Source: Escherichia coli
GTDB lineage: Bacteria > Pseudomonadota > Gammaproteobacteria > Enterobacterales > Enterobacteriaceae
Strand: one strand, 5' to 3'
Assembly: GCF_003334255.1 (NCBI RefSeq)
Contig: NZ_QOWU01000040.1
Length of the DNA stretch: 49,174 nucleotides
Part shown: positions 48,719 to 49,174 of the stretch, in pieces
How the letters are laid out: the number at the start of each line of letters is the position of its first letter
How positions within the stretch are numbered: the first letter of the stretch is position 1
Made by a program: the position numbers and the translations under genes
Notes under the pieces: generated by a model
What the model was told of the DNA's origin: nothing
What the model saw: the letters and a program-made list of their open reading frames with translations, nothing else
The model's database searches: none

Positions 48719-49174
48719 TCGTTTATTATGCCACAGAGAATCGGGAAATAACATCCCTTAACACTTGTTATGAGATAATTCTGTAATCCTCTTTGCTTCC
48801 TGAGTAATAACTTCCTGAGTGAATATTTAACCTGAGCTTGATCCTACACATACTTATTATGAATGATAAAATTCATTCAATTAATAACACATATATTAAT
48901 TGCCGTTAAAACTAAAAACAGCATCAATAATCAACGCGATATAATAAACCTGCCTTACATATCAACTGCGCCAGAGGTAGGATTGAAAACGCTCTCCTGA
49001 TTTTCCAATTCATTTTCTGGATAAATAAATAATTTATTTTTGTCACTATTATTTATGTAATCATCCTGTCAGGGAGAGGGATCTCAATTATCAATGCGGT
49101 AATGACTCCAACTTATTGATAGTGTTTTATGTTCAGATAATGCCCGATGACTTTGTCATGCAGCTCCACCGATT

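Overview
This window reads as ordinary, well-characterised Escherichia coli core chromosome (K-12-like), and I did not find evidence of a novel or previously undescribed system. That identification is recognition from memory of the encoded proteins and a few signature DNA motifs, not a database search. The window runs from the rrnA P1 promoter and hemG at the left edge to hemY and the GlmZ small RNA at the right edge, in reverse orientation to the conventional map. It holds 50 protein-coding genes that I recognise: hemG-trkH-yigZ-pepQ, fadBA, fre, ubiD, rfaH, tatD, tatCBA, ubiB-ubiJ-ubiE, rmuC, udp, ysgA, metE/metR, yigM, yigL-pldB, rhtB/rhtC, recQ, pldA, yigI, rarD, yigG, yigF, corA, yigE, uvrD, yigB-xerC-yigA-dapF-yifL, cyaY, cyaA and hemCDXY. 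It also holds one small RNA (glmZ), three REP/BIME clusters, and several regulatory sites I could read directly (rrn P1 core promoter with UP element, FadR operator, uvrD LexA box, tandem CRP sites at udp, and several hairpin terminators). There are no CRISPR arrays, transposases, prophage genes, integrons or toxin-antitoxin pairs. The only stretch that looks accessory is a short AT-rich islet carrying yigG and yigF between rarD and corA. Where the six-frame track gave a longer ORF than the protein I recognise, I trimmed the start to the internal start codon that matches the protein length I remember; those starts are less certain than the gene identities. Coordinates of non-coding features were indexed by hand and may be off by a base or two.
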